From Thermodesulfobacteriota bacterium (GTDB lineage Bacteria; Desulfobacterota_D; UBA1144; Nemesobacterales; Mycalebacteriaceae), in contig CBDAQI010000002.1 in the NCBI GenBank assembly GCA_965198945.1, positions 1 through 21,651 on the forward strand: a stretch of 21,651 nucleotides of DNA, given 5' to 3'. Under the pieces are notes generated by a model. It had not been told where the DNA came from, did not search any database, and saw only the letters and a list, made by a program, of their open reading frames with translations. Numbering within the stretch: the stretch's first letter is position 1; each line of letters opens with the position of its first letter. The position numbers and the translations under genes are program-made. Positions 1-8,073 of this stretch are shown piece by piece.

Positions 1-1
1 G

Positions 2-55
2 GAAGATACCGAAACCATGGTCAAAACATACAGATACTATTTTCAGAAATCTTAA
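2..55 (+). CDS. Probable 3' end of an upstream gene (…EDTETMVKTYRYYFQKS*), product unknown
   Basis: Open frame from the window edge to TAA at 53-55, 18 nt before cofE; too short to identify. Confidence 0.35.
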   Translation, partial: EDTETMVKTYRYYFQKS

Positions 56-73
56 AGACGCGCCGCAGTAGAA

Positions 74-849
74 TTGTCTTCCGAAGAAGTTACCCTTTCA
101 GCGCTTGCAGGCATGCCGGAAATCAAGTCCGGTATGTGCGTGGCTTCGGAGATTTACCTGTCTCTCAAAAAGTCCGGAATTTCCCTTGAAAGCGGCGATG
201 TTCTGGTTGTCGCCCAGAAAGTTATTTCCAAGTCCGAAGGTCGTACGGTAAATCTTCGCTCCGTAAATCCCTCGGCACGTGCGGTGGAAATAGCCCGCGA
301 GGTTGATAAAGACCCGCGTCTTGTTGAAGTCATACTTTCACAGACAAAAAGAGTTGTGCGGAAAGGCAGGGTATCCACGGGGCAGGGGAAGACTGATAGT
401 GGAGACCGGTTGCGGAATGATAATGGCAAATGCGGGCGTGGATCTTTCAAACACCGGAAGTGAAGATGTGGCGACTTCTTCTGCCGGTTGATTCCGACGC
501 TTCCTCGGAGAAGATTTCCGGAAAGCTGAGTGATTTGTCGGGAGCGCGCCCGGCGGTAATCATATCAGACACCGCGGGCAGACCCTGGAGAGAGGGGCTT
601 GTTGACATTGCCATAGGGTGTTCGGGAATAAAAGCGCTTGAGGATCACAGGGGCGGGAAAGACATGCGCGGCGCCACGCTTACGGCGACCGAGATGGCTG
701 TTGCCGACCAGATTGCGGCCGCGGCGGGTATTTTGATGAAAAAGGATTCGGGCATTCCGGTAGTGCTTGCGAAGGGGCTTGAGTTTGAAGCCGGGGGCGC
801 CGGTGCGGGCGGGCTTTTGAGAAAACCGTCCGAAGACCTTTTCAGATAA
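74..849 (+). CDS. cofE: Coenzyme F420-0:L-glutamate ligase (CofE), split over three frames by two +1 insertions (~386-389 and ~474); about 257 aa when repaired
   Basis: CofE motifs in successive frames: GDVLVVAQKVISKSEGR and KDPRLVEVILS (frame of 74); LIVET.CG.IMANAGVDLSN (frame of 303); LLLPVDSDAS, VIISDTAGRPWREG.VDIAIG, AVADQIAAAA and DLFR* (frame of 430). Confidence 0.9.
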
Positions 850-850
850 A

Positions 851-1999
851 ATGGATGCGGTTTATCTTGACTACAATGCGACAACACCGCTTGACCCGCG
901 GGTTGCCGAAGAAATGGATTTGTTTCTGAAGACCGGTTTTGGCAATCCTTCAAGCGTCCACTCTCACGGCAGAGAGGCGAGAGCCGCCCTTGACCATGCA
1001 CGGGAGAGAGTGTCTGTTTTGCTCGGCGGCTCGCCTTCAGAGTTTTTCTTCACAAGCGGCGCAAGCGAAAGCAACAATTTTGCCGTTAAGGGAGTTGTGT
1101 CGGGGTGCGAAGGCAGAAGGCATGTTGTAACGACTCCGGTTGAGCATTCCTCGTGCCGTGCGTCTTTTGATTTTCTTGAAACTGCGGGTTTTGAAGTAAC
1201 CCGCCTTCCCGTTGATTCAGACGGTGTTCCCGATGTGTCTTTTCTCAGAGGCTGCGTGAGTGAAAATACAGCCCTTGTTTCGTGCGTGCATGTGAACAAC
1301 GAAACCGGAGTTGTAATGCCGATTGAACAGATGGGTGAAATAGCAAAAAGCTGCGGCGCTTATTTTCACACTGACATTACGCAGTCAGCCGGCAAAATCC
1401 CCGTTGACTTGTCTTCCCTGCCGGTTGATTTGGCTTCAGTGTCTTCTCACAAACTTTACGGTCCCAATGGCGCGGGCGCCATTTACATAAGGAAAAGCGT
1501 TGCGCTTGAGCCGCTTATACACGGAGGCGGACAGGAAAGAGGCAGGCGCAGCGGAACCGAAAATGTGGCGGCCATCGCCGGTTTTGGCAAGGCCTGCGAA
1601 ATAGCGGAAAGCGAAAGCTCATCTGACATCAAAAAAGTTTCTTTTCTCAGAGAAAATCTTGAAAATTTTATCTTGGGCGAGATAAAAGGGAGTTGGATAA
1701 ACGGAAAAACTGCCGACAGGGTCGCAAACACTTCAAATTTCGGAATTGAGGGCATTGACGGAGAGACGCTTGTCATGGCGCTTGATATTGAAGGCTTTTC
1801 AGTTTCCAACGGCTCCGCGTGTTCCGAAGGCAATGTTGACCCCTCCAGGGTTCTGCTTGCCATGGGGCTTTCAAAAGAGCGTGCCGCCTCCTGCCTGCGA
1901 ATAAGCATGGGAAGATTCTCCTCTTCTGAAGATGTTGAAAAATTCAAAAAGGCGCTGAAAAAATGTCTGGGCAGGATGGATAGGCGTTTCGTGCAATAA
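851..1999 (+). CDS. iscS: Cysteine desulfurase, IscS/NifS-like (class V PLP enzyme)
   Basis: YLDYNATTP, GNPSSVH, PLP-lysine motif SSHKLYGP, GGGQERGRRSGTEN, catalytic Cys in SNGSACS; starts immediately after the cofE stop. Confidence 0.9.
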   Translation: MDAVYLDYNATTPLDPRVAEEMDLFLKTGFGNPSSVHSHGREARAALDHARERVSVLLGGSPSEFFFTSGASESNNFAVKGVVSGCEGRRHVVTTPVEHSSCRASFDFLETAGFEVTRLPVDSDGVPDVSFLRGCVSENTALVSCVHVNNETGVVMPIEQMGEIAKSCGAYFHTDITQSAGKIPVDLSSLPVDLASVSSHKLYGPNGAGAIYIRKSVALEPLIHGGGQERGRRSGTENVAAIAGFGKACEIAESESSSDIKKVSFLRENLENFILGEIKGSWINGKTADRVANTSNFGIEGIDGETLVMALDIEGFSVSNGSACSEGNVDPSRVLLAMGLSKERAASCLRISMGRFSSSEDVEKFKKALKKCLGRMDRRFVQ

Positions 2000-2005
2000 A
2001 AAATT

Positions 2006-3040
2006 TCACGGAAAAACCGGCGCGCCTTTGAGCCCTTCGTCTTCTTCAAAGCCGAACATCAGATTCATGTTCTGAACCGCCTGTCCCACGGCGCCTTTCA
2101 TAAGGTTGTCTATTGCGGACATAACGGTTGCGGTTTTGCCGTCTCTTGAAACGGCGACACCCATATCGCAGTAGTTTGACCCGCGCACATCAGCCGTTGA
2201 GGGGTATTTGCCCTCCGGACAGACTCTTACAAAACGGCTGTTTTTGTAGAAATCTTCCGCCGCAGAGATAAGTGCGGCGGAGGTGGTTTTTGTCTTTAGC
2301 CGCATGTATGCGGTAGTCAGTATTCCCCTGTCCATTGGAATAAGATGCGGTGTGAAGTCCGCTGTTATCCTTTCACCGTTAATTTTTGAAAGATTTTCCT
2401 CAATTTCGGGTATGTGCCTGTGTGCGTTGGGCTTGTATGGCCTCACCGATTCGTTTACTTCACCGAACATTAGTTCTGTCTGAGGAGTTCTGCCCGCTCC
2501 GCTCACCCCCGATTTTGAGTCTATGGTCACGCGGTTCCGGGCCGACAGTTTTATAAAAGGCGCAAGCGCGAGTATTGCTCCGGTCGGATAGCAGCCCGGG
2601 TTTGCCACAAGACGGGCTTTTTTAATTTTTGCGGCGCTCAGTTCCGCCGTCCCGTAGCAGGCGGTTTTTATCAGTTCCGGGCACGGATGCGCGCCATACC
2701 ATTTTTTGTAGTTCGCGCTCCGCAGCCTGAAATCCGCGCCGAGGTCAACAACACGCCCCCCTTTTTTCAGGAGACTTTTCATTATCACGGAAGAATTTCC
2801 GTGCGGAAGCGCCGTGAATACAATATCAATTCCGTCCGGCAACAGTTCCGGGTCAGTCGGCTTCAGCCGCAGATCAGCAATCCCTTTCAGCCCGGGAAAA
2901 ATGTCTGAGACCTTCCTTCCTGAGTTTTTTTCCGCAGTTGCCCAAACCGTTTCCGCAAAACCGTGCCCGGCAAGAAGTCTCAGCAGCTCGCCGCCCGTGT
3001 AGCCGCTTGCTCCGAAAACGGCGGCTTTTATTGTTTTCAT
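2006..3040 (-). CDS. argC: N-acetyl-gamma-glutamyl-phosphate reductase
   Basis: GASGYTGGELLRLL, DLGADFRL, ANPGCYPT, SGVSGAGR, HRHIPEI, DNLMKGA.GQAVQNMN. Confidence 0.97.
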   Translation of the reverse strand: MKTIKAAVFGASGYTGGELLRLLAGHGFAETVWATAEKNSGRKVSDIFPGLKGIADLRLKPTDPELLPDGIDIVFTALPHGNSSVIMKSLLKKGGRVVDLGADFRLRSANYKKWYGAHPCPELIKTACYGTAELSAAKIKKARLVANPGCYPTGAILALAPFIKLSARNRVTIDSKSGVSGAGRTPQTELMFGEVNESVRPYKPNAHRHIPEIEENLSKINGERITADFTPHLIPMDRGILTTAYMRLKTKTTSAALISAAEDFYKNSRFVRVCPEGKYPSTADVRGSNYCDMGVAVSRDGKTATVMSAIDNLMKGAVGQAVQNMNLMFGFEEDEGLKGAPVFP

Positions 3041-3054
3041 TTTAACGGATAATA
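3041..3054 (-). promoter_or_regulatory. Putative -10 box for argC (TATTAT), 8 nt before the ATG
   Basis: Minus strand reads gtgTATTATccgttaaaATG; no Shine-Dalgarno and no convincing -35. Confidence 0.45.
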
Positions 3055-3093
3055 CACGAGGAAGGTTCAGGATAGAAGTGGCCGGGGGCTTTA

Positions 3094-3122
3094 TTGCGCC
3101 TTCGCACGGCGGGTGATATTAT
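3094..3122 (+). promoter_or_regulatory. Putative sigma70 promoter for gap-pgk
   Basis: TTGCGC (3094-3099), 17-nt spacer, TATTAT (3117-3122) preceded by an extended -10 TG (3114-3115). Confidence 0.6.
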
Positions 3123-3147
3123 CTATCCCTCTTCGCGGAAAGCTTCA

Positions 3148-4158
3148 ATGAAAATAAAGGTCGGAATAAACGGTTTCGGCAGAATCGGCCGGTGTGTTCT
3201 CAAAGTCGGTCTGCAGAAAAAAAACCTTGATTTTGTCGCCGTCAATGACGTTGCGCCCCCTGAGACGCTTGCTCATCTTTTCAAATACGATTCTGTTTTC
3301 GGCACCTACCCGGGAGAAGTCAGGGCGAGGCAGGGGGGCATGGAGGTTGACGGAAAGTTCATAAGGATATTTTCCCGGAAGAATCCGTCTGAGATACCGT
3401 GGAGCGAATGCGGCGCGAAAGTGGTTGTTGAATCAACGGGCATATTCAGGCAGCGCTCCGAAGCCGCGGCGCATATCGGAGGCACGGTCGGTAAAGTCGT
3501 TATCACCGCTCCGGCAAAAGGGGATGTTGACCTTACAACCGTGCTTGGAGTCAACGGCGAAAGCTATGACCCTGAAAAACATGACATTGTCTCAAACGCC
3601 TCGTGCACTACGAACTGCTTCAGCATGCTTGTAAAAGTTCTTCACGAAAATTTCACCGTGAAAAGGGGTGAGATGACCACCGTTCACTCATACACAAGCG
3701 ACCAGCGCGTCCATGACGCTCCGCACTCGGACCTCAGGCGCGCTCGTGCGGCGGCGCAGTCAATAATTCCGACCTCAACCGGAGCGGCGGAAGTGATTCA
3801 GGTTGTTTTTCCCGAACTCAAAGGAAAGCTTTCCGCCATGGCCATAAGGGTTCCGACACCGAATGTTTCTCTTGTGGATTTTTCATCTGAGGTTGAAAAG
3901 ACAGTTTCCGCAGAAGAAGTCAATGAAGCTTTCAGAAAAGCCTCAATAGGGAAACTTTCCGGGCTCGTGGGTTATCTGGAGAGCGAACTTGTTTCCTCAG
4001 ATTTGGTCGGAAGCCCGGAGTCGGCCGTGTTTGATCCTTATCTGACCTCCGTCACGGATGGAAATCTCGTCAAAGTGGTTGCCTGGTATGACAACGAATA
4101 CGGATATTCTTCAAGGGTTGTAGACCTTGTCTCACTGATGGCGGAGCGCGGAAATTGA
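3148..4158 (+). CDS. gap: Type I glyceraldehyde-3-phosphate dehydrogenase
   Basis: MKIKVGINGFGRIGR, catalytic ASCTTNC, RARAAAQSIIPTSTGAA, WYDNEYGYS. Start moved from 3094 to the ATG at 3148 on homology grounds. Confidence 0.97.
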   Translation: MKIKVGINGFGRIGRCVLKVGLQKKNLDFVAVNDVAPPETLAHLFKYDSVFGTYPGEVRARQGGMEVDGKFIRIFSRKNPSEIPWSECGAKVVVESTGIFRQRSEAAAHIGGTVGKVVITAPAKGDVDLTTVLGVNGESYDPEKHDIVSNASCTTNCFSMLVKVLHENFTVKRGEMTTVHSYTSDQRVHDAPHSDLRRARAAAQSIIPTSTGAAEVIQVVFPELKGKLSAMAIRVPTPNVSLVDFSSEVEKTVSAEEVNEAFRKASIGKLSGLVGYLESELVSSDLVGSPESAVFDPYLTSVTDGNLVKVVAWYDNEYGYSSRVVDLVSLMAERGN

Positions 4159-5357
4159 AGTCAAAGATGCTTGTTTCCGATCTGTCTGATTCGGAAATAA
4201 AGGGAAAAAGATTTTTAGTCAGGGTTGATTTCAATGTTCCCATCAAGGGCGGGAAAATCAGCGAAGACTACAGAATAAGAAGGTCTATGCCGACCATTGA
4301 ATATCTCACCGGGCGCCGTGCGAAAGTTATTGTCGCTTCACACCTCGGTCGTCCGGCGGGAAGTTTTGTTACATCTCTTTCCCTCGCTCCCGTGGCTGAA
4401 AGGCTCGGAGAACTTCTCGGCAAGACCGTAAAATTCCCCGGCAGGGTGCTGGACGATAATGTGGAGAGGGAGGCCGCCTCACTCAGAGAGGGTGAGGTTC
4501 TTTTTCTGGAAAATCTCAGATTTCGTCCCGAAGAAAGAAGCTGTGACAGCGATTTTTGCAAAAGGCTTTCGGCCCTTGCGGACATTTATGTGAATGATGC
4601 TTTTGGGACTTCCCACCGCAGGCATGCGTCAACCTACGGGGTTGGCGAACATTTTGAGAAAAAAGTCGGCGGTTTTGTTGTTGGCAGGGAGGTAGAATTT
4701 TTCAACTCCCTGATTCAGGACCCCGAAAAACCCTATCTCGTCATAGTGGGCGGGGCGAAAATCAAAGACAAGATAAGAGCTCTTGAAAACCTTCTTGAGG
4801 TGGCGGACCAGATAGTTATCGGCGGCGGGGTCGCATACACTTTTCTCAAAGCGCTGGGAATAGGAGTTGGGCGTTCCATTATTGAGGAAGAGATGGTTTG
4901 TTGGGCGGAGCGGGCAATCAGGGAGTTCGGTGAAAAAATAATTCTTCCGTGCGACCATGTCGCGGCTGAAGATACGGAGATTTCAAAGAATCCGATTCTT
5001 GTTGAAGGCGATATACCGGAGCACCTGAAAGGTTTTGACATAGGCCCAAAAACGATTGTTGATTTCACTTCACGAATAAAAGACAAAAAAACCATATTCT
5101 GGAACGGCCCCATGGGGGTTTTTGAGTTTGACGGATTTTCCAACGGAACAACTCAAGTGGCAAGGGCTATGGCGATTGCGACATGGCGCGGAGCCAAAAC
5201 GGTCGCGGGCGGCGGAGAAAGCATAGCCGCGATACGCAAGGCCGAAGTTCTCGGCAGCGAGCTCAGCCACGTTTCAACCGGCGGCGGAGCGTCTCTGACT
5301 TTTCTCGGCGGTGAAAGCCTGCCGGGGATTATGATTCTGGATGAAAAAGAGTGCTGA
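4155..5357 (+). CDS. pgk: Phosphoglycerate kinase
   Basis: VRVDFNVP, SHLGRP, LENLRF, NDAFGTSHR, GGAKIKDKI, FWNGPMGVFE, HVSTGGGASL; TTG start overlaps the gap stop (TTGA). Confidence 0.97.
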   Translation: MKSKMLVSDLSDSEIKGKRFLVRVDFNVPIKGGKISEDYRIRRSMPTIEYLTGRRAKVIVASHLGRPAGSFVTSLSLAPVAERLGELLGKTVKFPGRVLDDNVEREAASLREGEVLFLENLRFRPEERSCDSDFCKRLSALADIYVNDAFGTSHRRHASTYGVGEHFEKKVGGFVVGREVEFFNSLIQDPEKPYLVIVGGAKIKDKIRALENLLEVADQIVIGGGVAYTFLKALGIGVGRSIIEEEMVCWAERAIREFGEKIILPCDHVAAEDTEISKNPILVEGDIPEHLKGFDIGPKTIVDFTSRIKDKKTIFWNGPMGVFEFDGFSNGTTQVARAMAIATWRGAKTVAGGGESIAAIRKAEVLGSELSHVSTGGGASLTFLGGESLPGIMILDEKEC

Positions 5358-5476
5358 TTGTGTTAATGTCCCCTTATCACTTAACTTGAACCTGAGAAAC
5401 TGAAACAGCGGCCGCCTTAGAATCACTTTGAAATACTCTTGGAAAAATATCCACAGAAGTACGGCAGACACCATAG

Positions 5477-5805
5477 CTTTTGAAGAATTGGTTGCTTGAA
5501 TACAAATTCAAGTATTGGGTAGTGAATCAAATTTCACTGACAAAACTTAATCAGACTGTTACCCATGATGAAAAAAGAAGAGAGCAGAAGATATTGCCAG
5601 ATATCTGTCTAATAATACAATTTGGCATTCTCATGGGAGAAAAATAGGTTTAAATACATTATCAGAGGTTTTGAAATTGAGGATTGAGAATTATTCAAAG
5701 GATAAAAAATTACAAAGTATAATAAGATCCTACAACGATTTTTTAGTTAATTATATAAGACGCAATGACATTCCTCTTTTCTTACACAACAGGAGATATT
5801 TTTAA
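5477..5805 (+). pseudogene. C-terminal remnant of an SDH-family Clp-fold serine proteinase; 5'-truncated, with a 1-nt deletion near 5571-5580
   Basis: Hand translation: LLKNWLLEYKFKYWVVNQISLTKLNQTVTHDEK (5477-5575), then in the -1 frame RAEDIARYLSNNTIWHSHGRKIGLNTLSEVLKLRIENYSKDKKLQSIIRSYNDFLVNYIRRNDIPLFLHNRRYF* (5581-5805). WL..YKFK.W, RAE.IA..L and WHSHGR.I resemble the SDH-family C-terminus as I recall it. Very AT-rich, no start codon. Confidence 0.7.
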
Positions 5806-5832
5806 TCAATATTTTTATTAAAGGAGAAAGAC

Positions 5833-6017
5833 ATGGCTGATAAATACAAAAAGCTATAGATGAGGCCACAAAGTCTATAAAACCTAGTCGCATTGAAAGA
5901 ATTAAAAAAGTGCAAAGTAAAATTGACGATCTTAAATCTCGGGGTTTATTAAAAAAACAGGAATACCAGTCTTTTGCTACGTCAGGTTTTGGAAAACAGA
6001 ACCATCGTCAGAAATAA
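5833..6017 (+). pseudogene. Small basic hypothetical protein (~61 aa when repaired), frameshifted by a 1-nt deletion at ~5842-5852
   Basis: Strong RBS AAGGAG (5821-5826) and ATG at 5833. The 0 frame stops after MADKYKKL; the -1 frame is open from 5844 to 6017: IQKAIDEATKSIKPSRIERIKKVQSKIDDLKSRGLLKKQEYQSFATSGFGKQNHRQK*. Confidence 0.6.
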
Positions 6018-6286
6018 AAAAGAAAGACCATTGATACAAAATAATTTGCAAAAGATCCCATCCCCTGAATCCATTGCCCAGACAATGAAATAAGGCGAAC
6101 TGTCCGAAACTTGGCAGGTTTCTGAAATAGACAGTTTTCCACTGAAAAAACTTTGTATAACTATCAAGCGGACACTTTGAGAAATACCGTCCGCGCCATT
6201 TGTATTACGGTAAAAATGACAATGAGAAGCCACCAACTTCCCGAACTTTTACAGAGACCATTAAATTGACAACCCCGCATCCATAT

Positions 6287-6314
6287 TTGCCGACTGAACT
6301 GTTTAGGGTATCCT
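6287..6314 (+). promoter_or_regulatory. Possible promoter for fbaB and downstream genes
   Basis: TTGCCG (6287-6292), 16-nt spacer, TATCCT (6309-6314); followed by inverted repeat TTCGGG-ctaa-CCCGAA (6314-6329). Confidence 0.35.
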
Positions 6315-6338
6315 TCGGGCTAACCCGAAAACATCCAA

Positions 6339-7400
6339 ATGGAACAGTCAATAGAAAACATAACCAAGCTTCTCGGTTCCGAGGCGGACTCGCTTCTCAA
6401 CCACCAATGCGTGGTTCCAAAAGGCGGCCTGCATCTTCCCGGCCCGGACTATATTGACAGGGTTTTCTCTTTAACCGACAGGTCGCCCGCGGTTATGAGA
6501 AATCTTCAGCATATTCTGAACACCGGGCGGCTCGGCGGTACGGGCTATGTTTCCATTCTCCCGGTTGATCAGGGGGTTGAACACTCAGCCGGAGCTTCTT
6601 TCGCGCCCAATCCCGAATATTTTGACCCCGAAAACATAGTGCGTCTCGCTCTTGAGGGAGGGTGCAATGCCGTCGCTTCAACTCTCGGTGTGCTGGGTGT
6701 GGTTTCAAGAAAATACGCTCATAAAATTCCTTTTATCGTAAAAATCAACCATAACGAGCTTCTTACCTATCCTGAAAAATATGATCAAACACTATTTGCC
6801 AATGTGGAGCAAGCGTTTGATATGGGCGCCGTGGCCGTCGGAGCGACCGTCTATTACGGCTCAAATGAGAGTACGCGGCAGATTGAGGAGATTTCAGACG
6901 CTTTTGCCCGCGCTCACGAACTTGGACTTGTTACGGTTCTGTGGGCATATTTGAGAAATCCCGCGTTTAAGAAAGACAAAACGGACTACCATTTGTCGTC
7001 CGACCTTACGGGGCAGGCAAGCCATCTCGCCGCAACAATACAGGCGGACATAGTGAAGCAGAAACAGCCCGAAAACAATGGCGGCTTTACGGCTCTGAAG
7101 TTTGGAAAAACACACCCGAAAGTTTATTCGCAACTTACATCTGAAAGCCTCATAGACCTCACCCGTTATCAGGTTATGAACTGCTATATGGGGAGAATAG
7201 GGATGATAAATTCCGGCGGAGCTTCCGGAGGCGGAGATGACCTGCAAAAGGCGGTCAGAACCGCCGTCATAAACAAAAGAGCGGGCGGAATGGGACTCAT
7301 AACAGGTAGAAAGGCTTTTCAGAGACCTATGAAAGACGGTGTGGCTCTTCTTCGCGCCGTGCAGGATGTTTATATTGAAAAAGAGATAACGGTCGCTTAA
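6339..7400 (+). CDS. fbaB: Class I fructose-bisphosphate aldolase (DhnA/FbaB type)
   Basis: [35 protein letters not shown], Schiff-base lysine region [24 protein letters not shown]. Confidence 0.96.
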   Translation: MEQSIENITKLLGSEADSLLNHQCVVPKGGLHLPGPDYIDRVFSLTDRSPAVMRNLQHILNTGRLGGTGYVSILPVDQGVEHSAGASFAPNPEYFDPENIVRLALEGGCNAVASTLGVLGVVSRKYAHKIPFIVKINHNELLTYPEKYDQTLFANVEQAFDMGAVAVGATVYYGSNESTRQIEEISDAFARAHELGLVTVLWAYLRNPAFKKDKTDYHLSSDLTGQASHLAATIQADIVKQKQPENNGGFTALKFGKTHPKVYSQLTSESLIDLTRYQVMNCYMGRIGMINSGGASGGGDDLQKAVRTAVINKRAGGMGLITGRKAFQRPMKDGVALLRAVQDVYIEKEITVA

Positions 7401-7433
7401 ACTCTACGGATTAAAACGGGGGAGGTTTGTTTT

Positions 7434-8066
7434 ATGTCGTTACAACTTGGAGATATTGCTCCGGATTTTACCCAGGAATCAACAGAGGGAACCATCAGTT
7501 TCCATGAATGGCTCGGAGACAGCTGGGGGGTTTTGTTTTCCCATCCAAAGGATTTCACCCCGGTCTGCACGACCGAACTCGGCGAAGTGGCACGCATTAA
7601 ATTGGAGTTTGACAAAAGGGGAGTCAAAGTAATAGGGCTTTCAGTGGACAGCGTTGAAGACCATAAAAACTGGCGGGCGGATATTGAGGAAACTCAAGGC
7701 AGCGCGGTTAATTTTCCGATGCTTGCGGATTTGGACAGACGGGTTGCGGACCTTTACGGAATGATTCACCCGTCCGCAAATGACACAATGACTGTGCGAA
7801 GTGTTTTCATCATAGACTCTAACAAAAAAGTCAGACTTGTTCTTACATACCCGGCGAGCACGGGCAGGAATTTTGAAGAAATTCTGCGGGTTATTGACAG
7901 CATGCAGATGACCGATAAAAGCAAGGTGGCAACCCCGGTAAACTGGAAACAGGGGGAGGATGTGATCATAGTTCCCGCGGTTTCAGACGAAGAGGCGAAA
8001 AAACTCTTTCCGGGCGGATGGGATGCTAAAAAGCCTTATCTGCGTTACACAAAACAGCCGTCTTAG
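7434..8066 (+). CDS. 1-Cys peroxiredoxin (Prx6 family)
   Basis: FSHPKDFTPVCTTE signature, YPASTGRNF, ATPVNW, single Cys; GGAGG RBS upstream. Confidence 0.95.
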   Translation: MSLQLGDIAPDFTQESTEGTISFHEWLGDSWGVLFSHPKDFTPVCTTELGEVARIKLEFDKRGVKVIGLSVDSVEDHKNWRADIEETQGSAVNFPMLADLDRRVADLYGMIHPSANDTMTVRSVFIIDSNKKVRLVLTYPASTGRNFEEILRVIDSMQMTDKSKVATPVNWKQGEDVIIVPAVSDEEAKKLFPGGWDAKKPYLRYTKQPS

Positions 8067-8073
8067 AGGAAAA

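Noticed and set aside
1483..2049. Long antisense ORFs such as 1483-2049, 4733-5143, 10337-10777, 15065-15466 and 20777-21301
   Set aside because: Shadow frames opposite well-conserved genes, with no motifs of their own.
3094..3147. N-terminal extension of gap in the ORF track
   Set aside because: Homology starts at MKIKVGING (3148) and the extension coincides with the predicted promoter.
5495..5538. Two ARG-box-like palindromes (TGAAT-ACAA-ATTCA and TGAAT-CAAA-TTTCA)
   Set aside because: They lie inside the protease remnant, where L-E-Y-K-F-K codons generate the first one. The 8-bp gap is not the usual 2-3 bp for ArgR tandem boxes, and argC is more than 2 kb away.
5571..5577. AAAAAAG heptamer at the protease-remnant frame break as a programmed -1 frameshift
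   Set aside because: Wrong phase relative to the upstream frame (GAA AAA AGA rather than A AAA AAG), and the gene lacks its 5' part anyway.
6168..6194. GCGGAC...GTCCGC stem as an ncRNA or terminator in the islet
   Set aside because: Only 6 bp with a long loop, no U-tract and no recognisable RNA family features.
5982..6236. 84-aa minus-strand ORF, and the overlapping 6200-6457 plus-strand ORF
   Set aside because: No recognisable motifs or RBS; the first overlaps the small plus-strand gene and the second overlaps fbaB out of frame.
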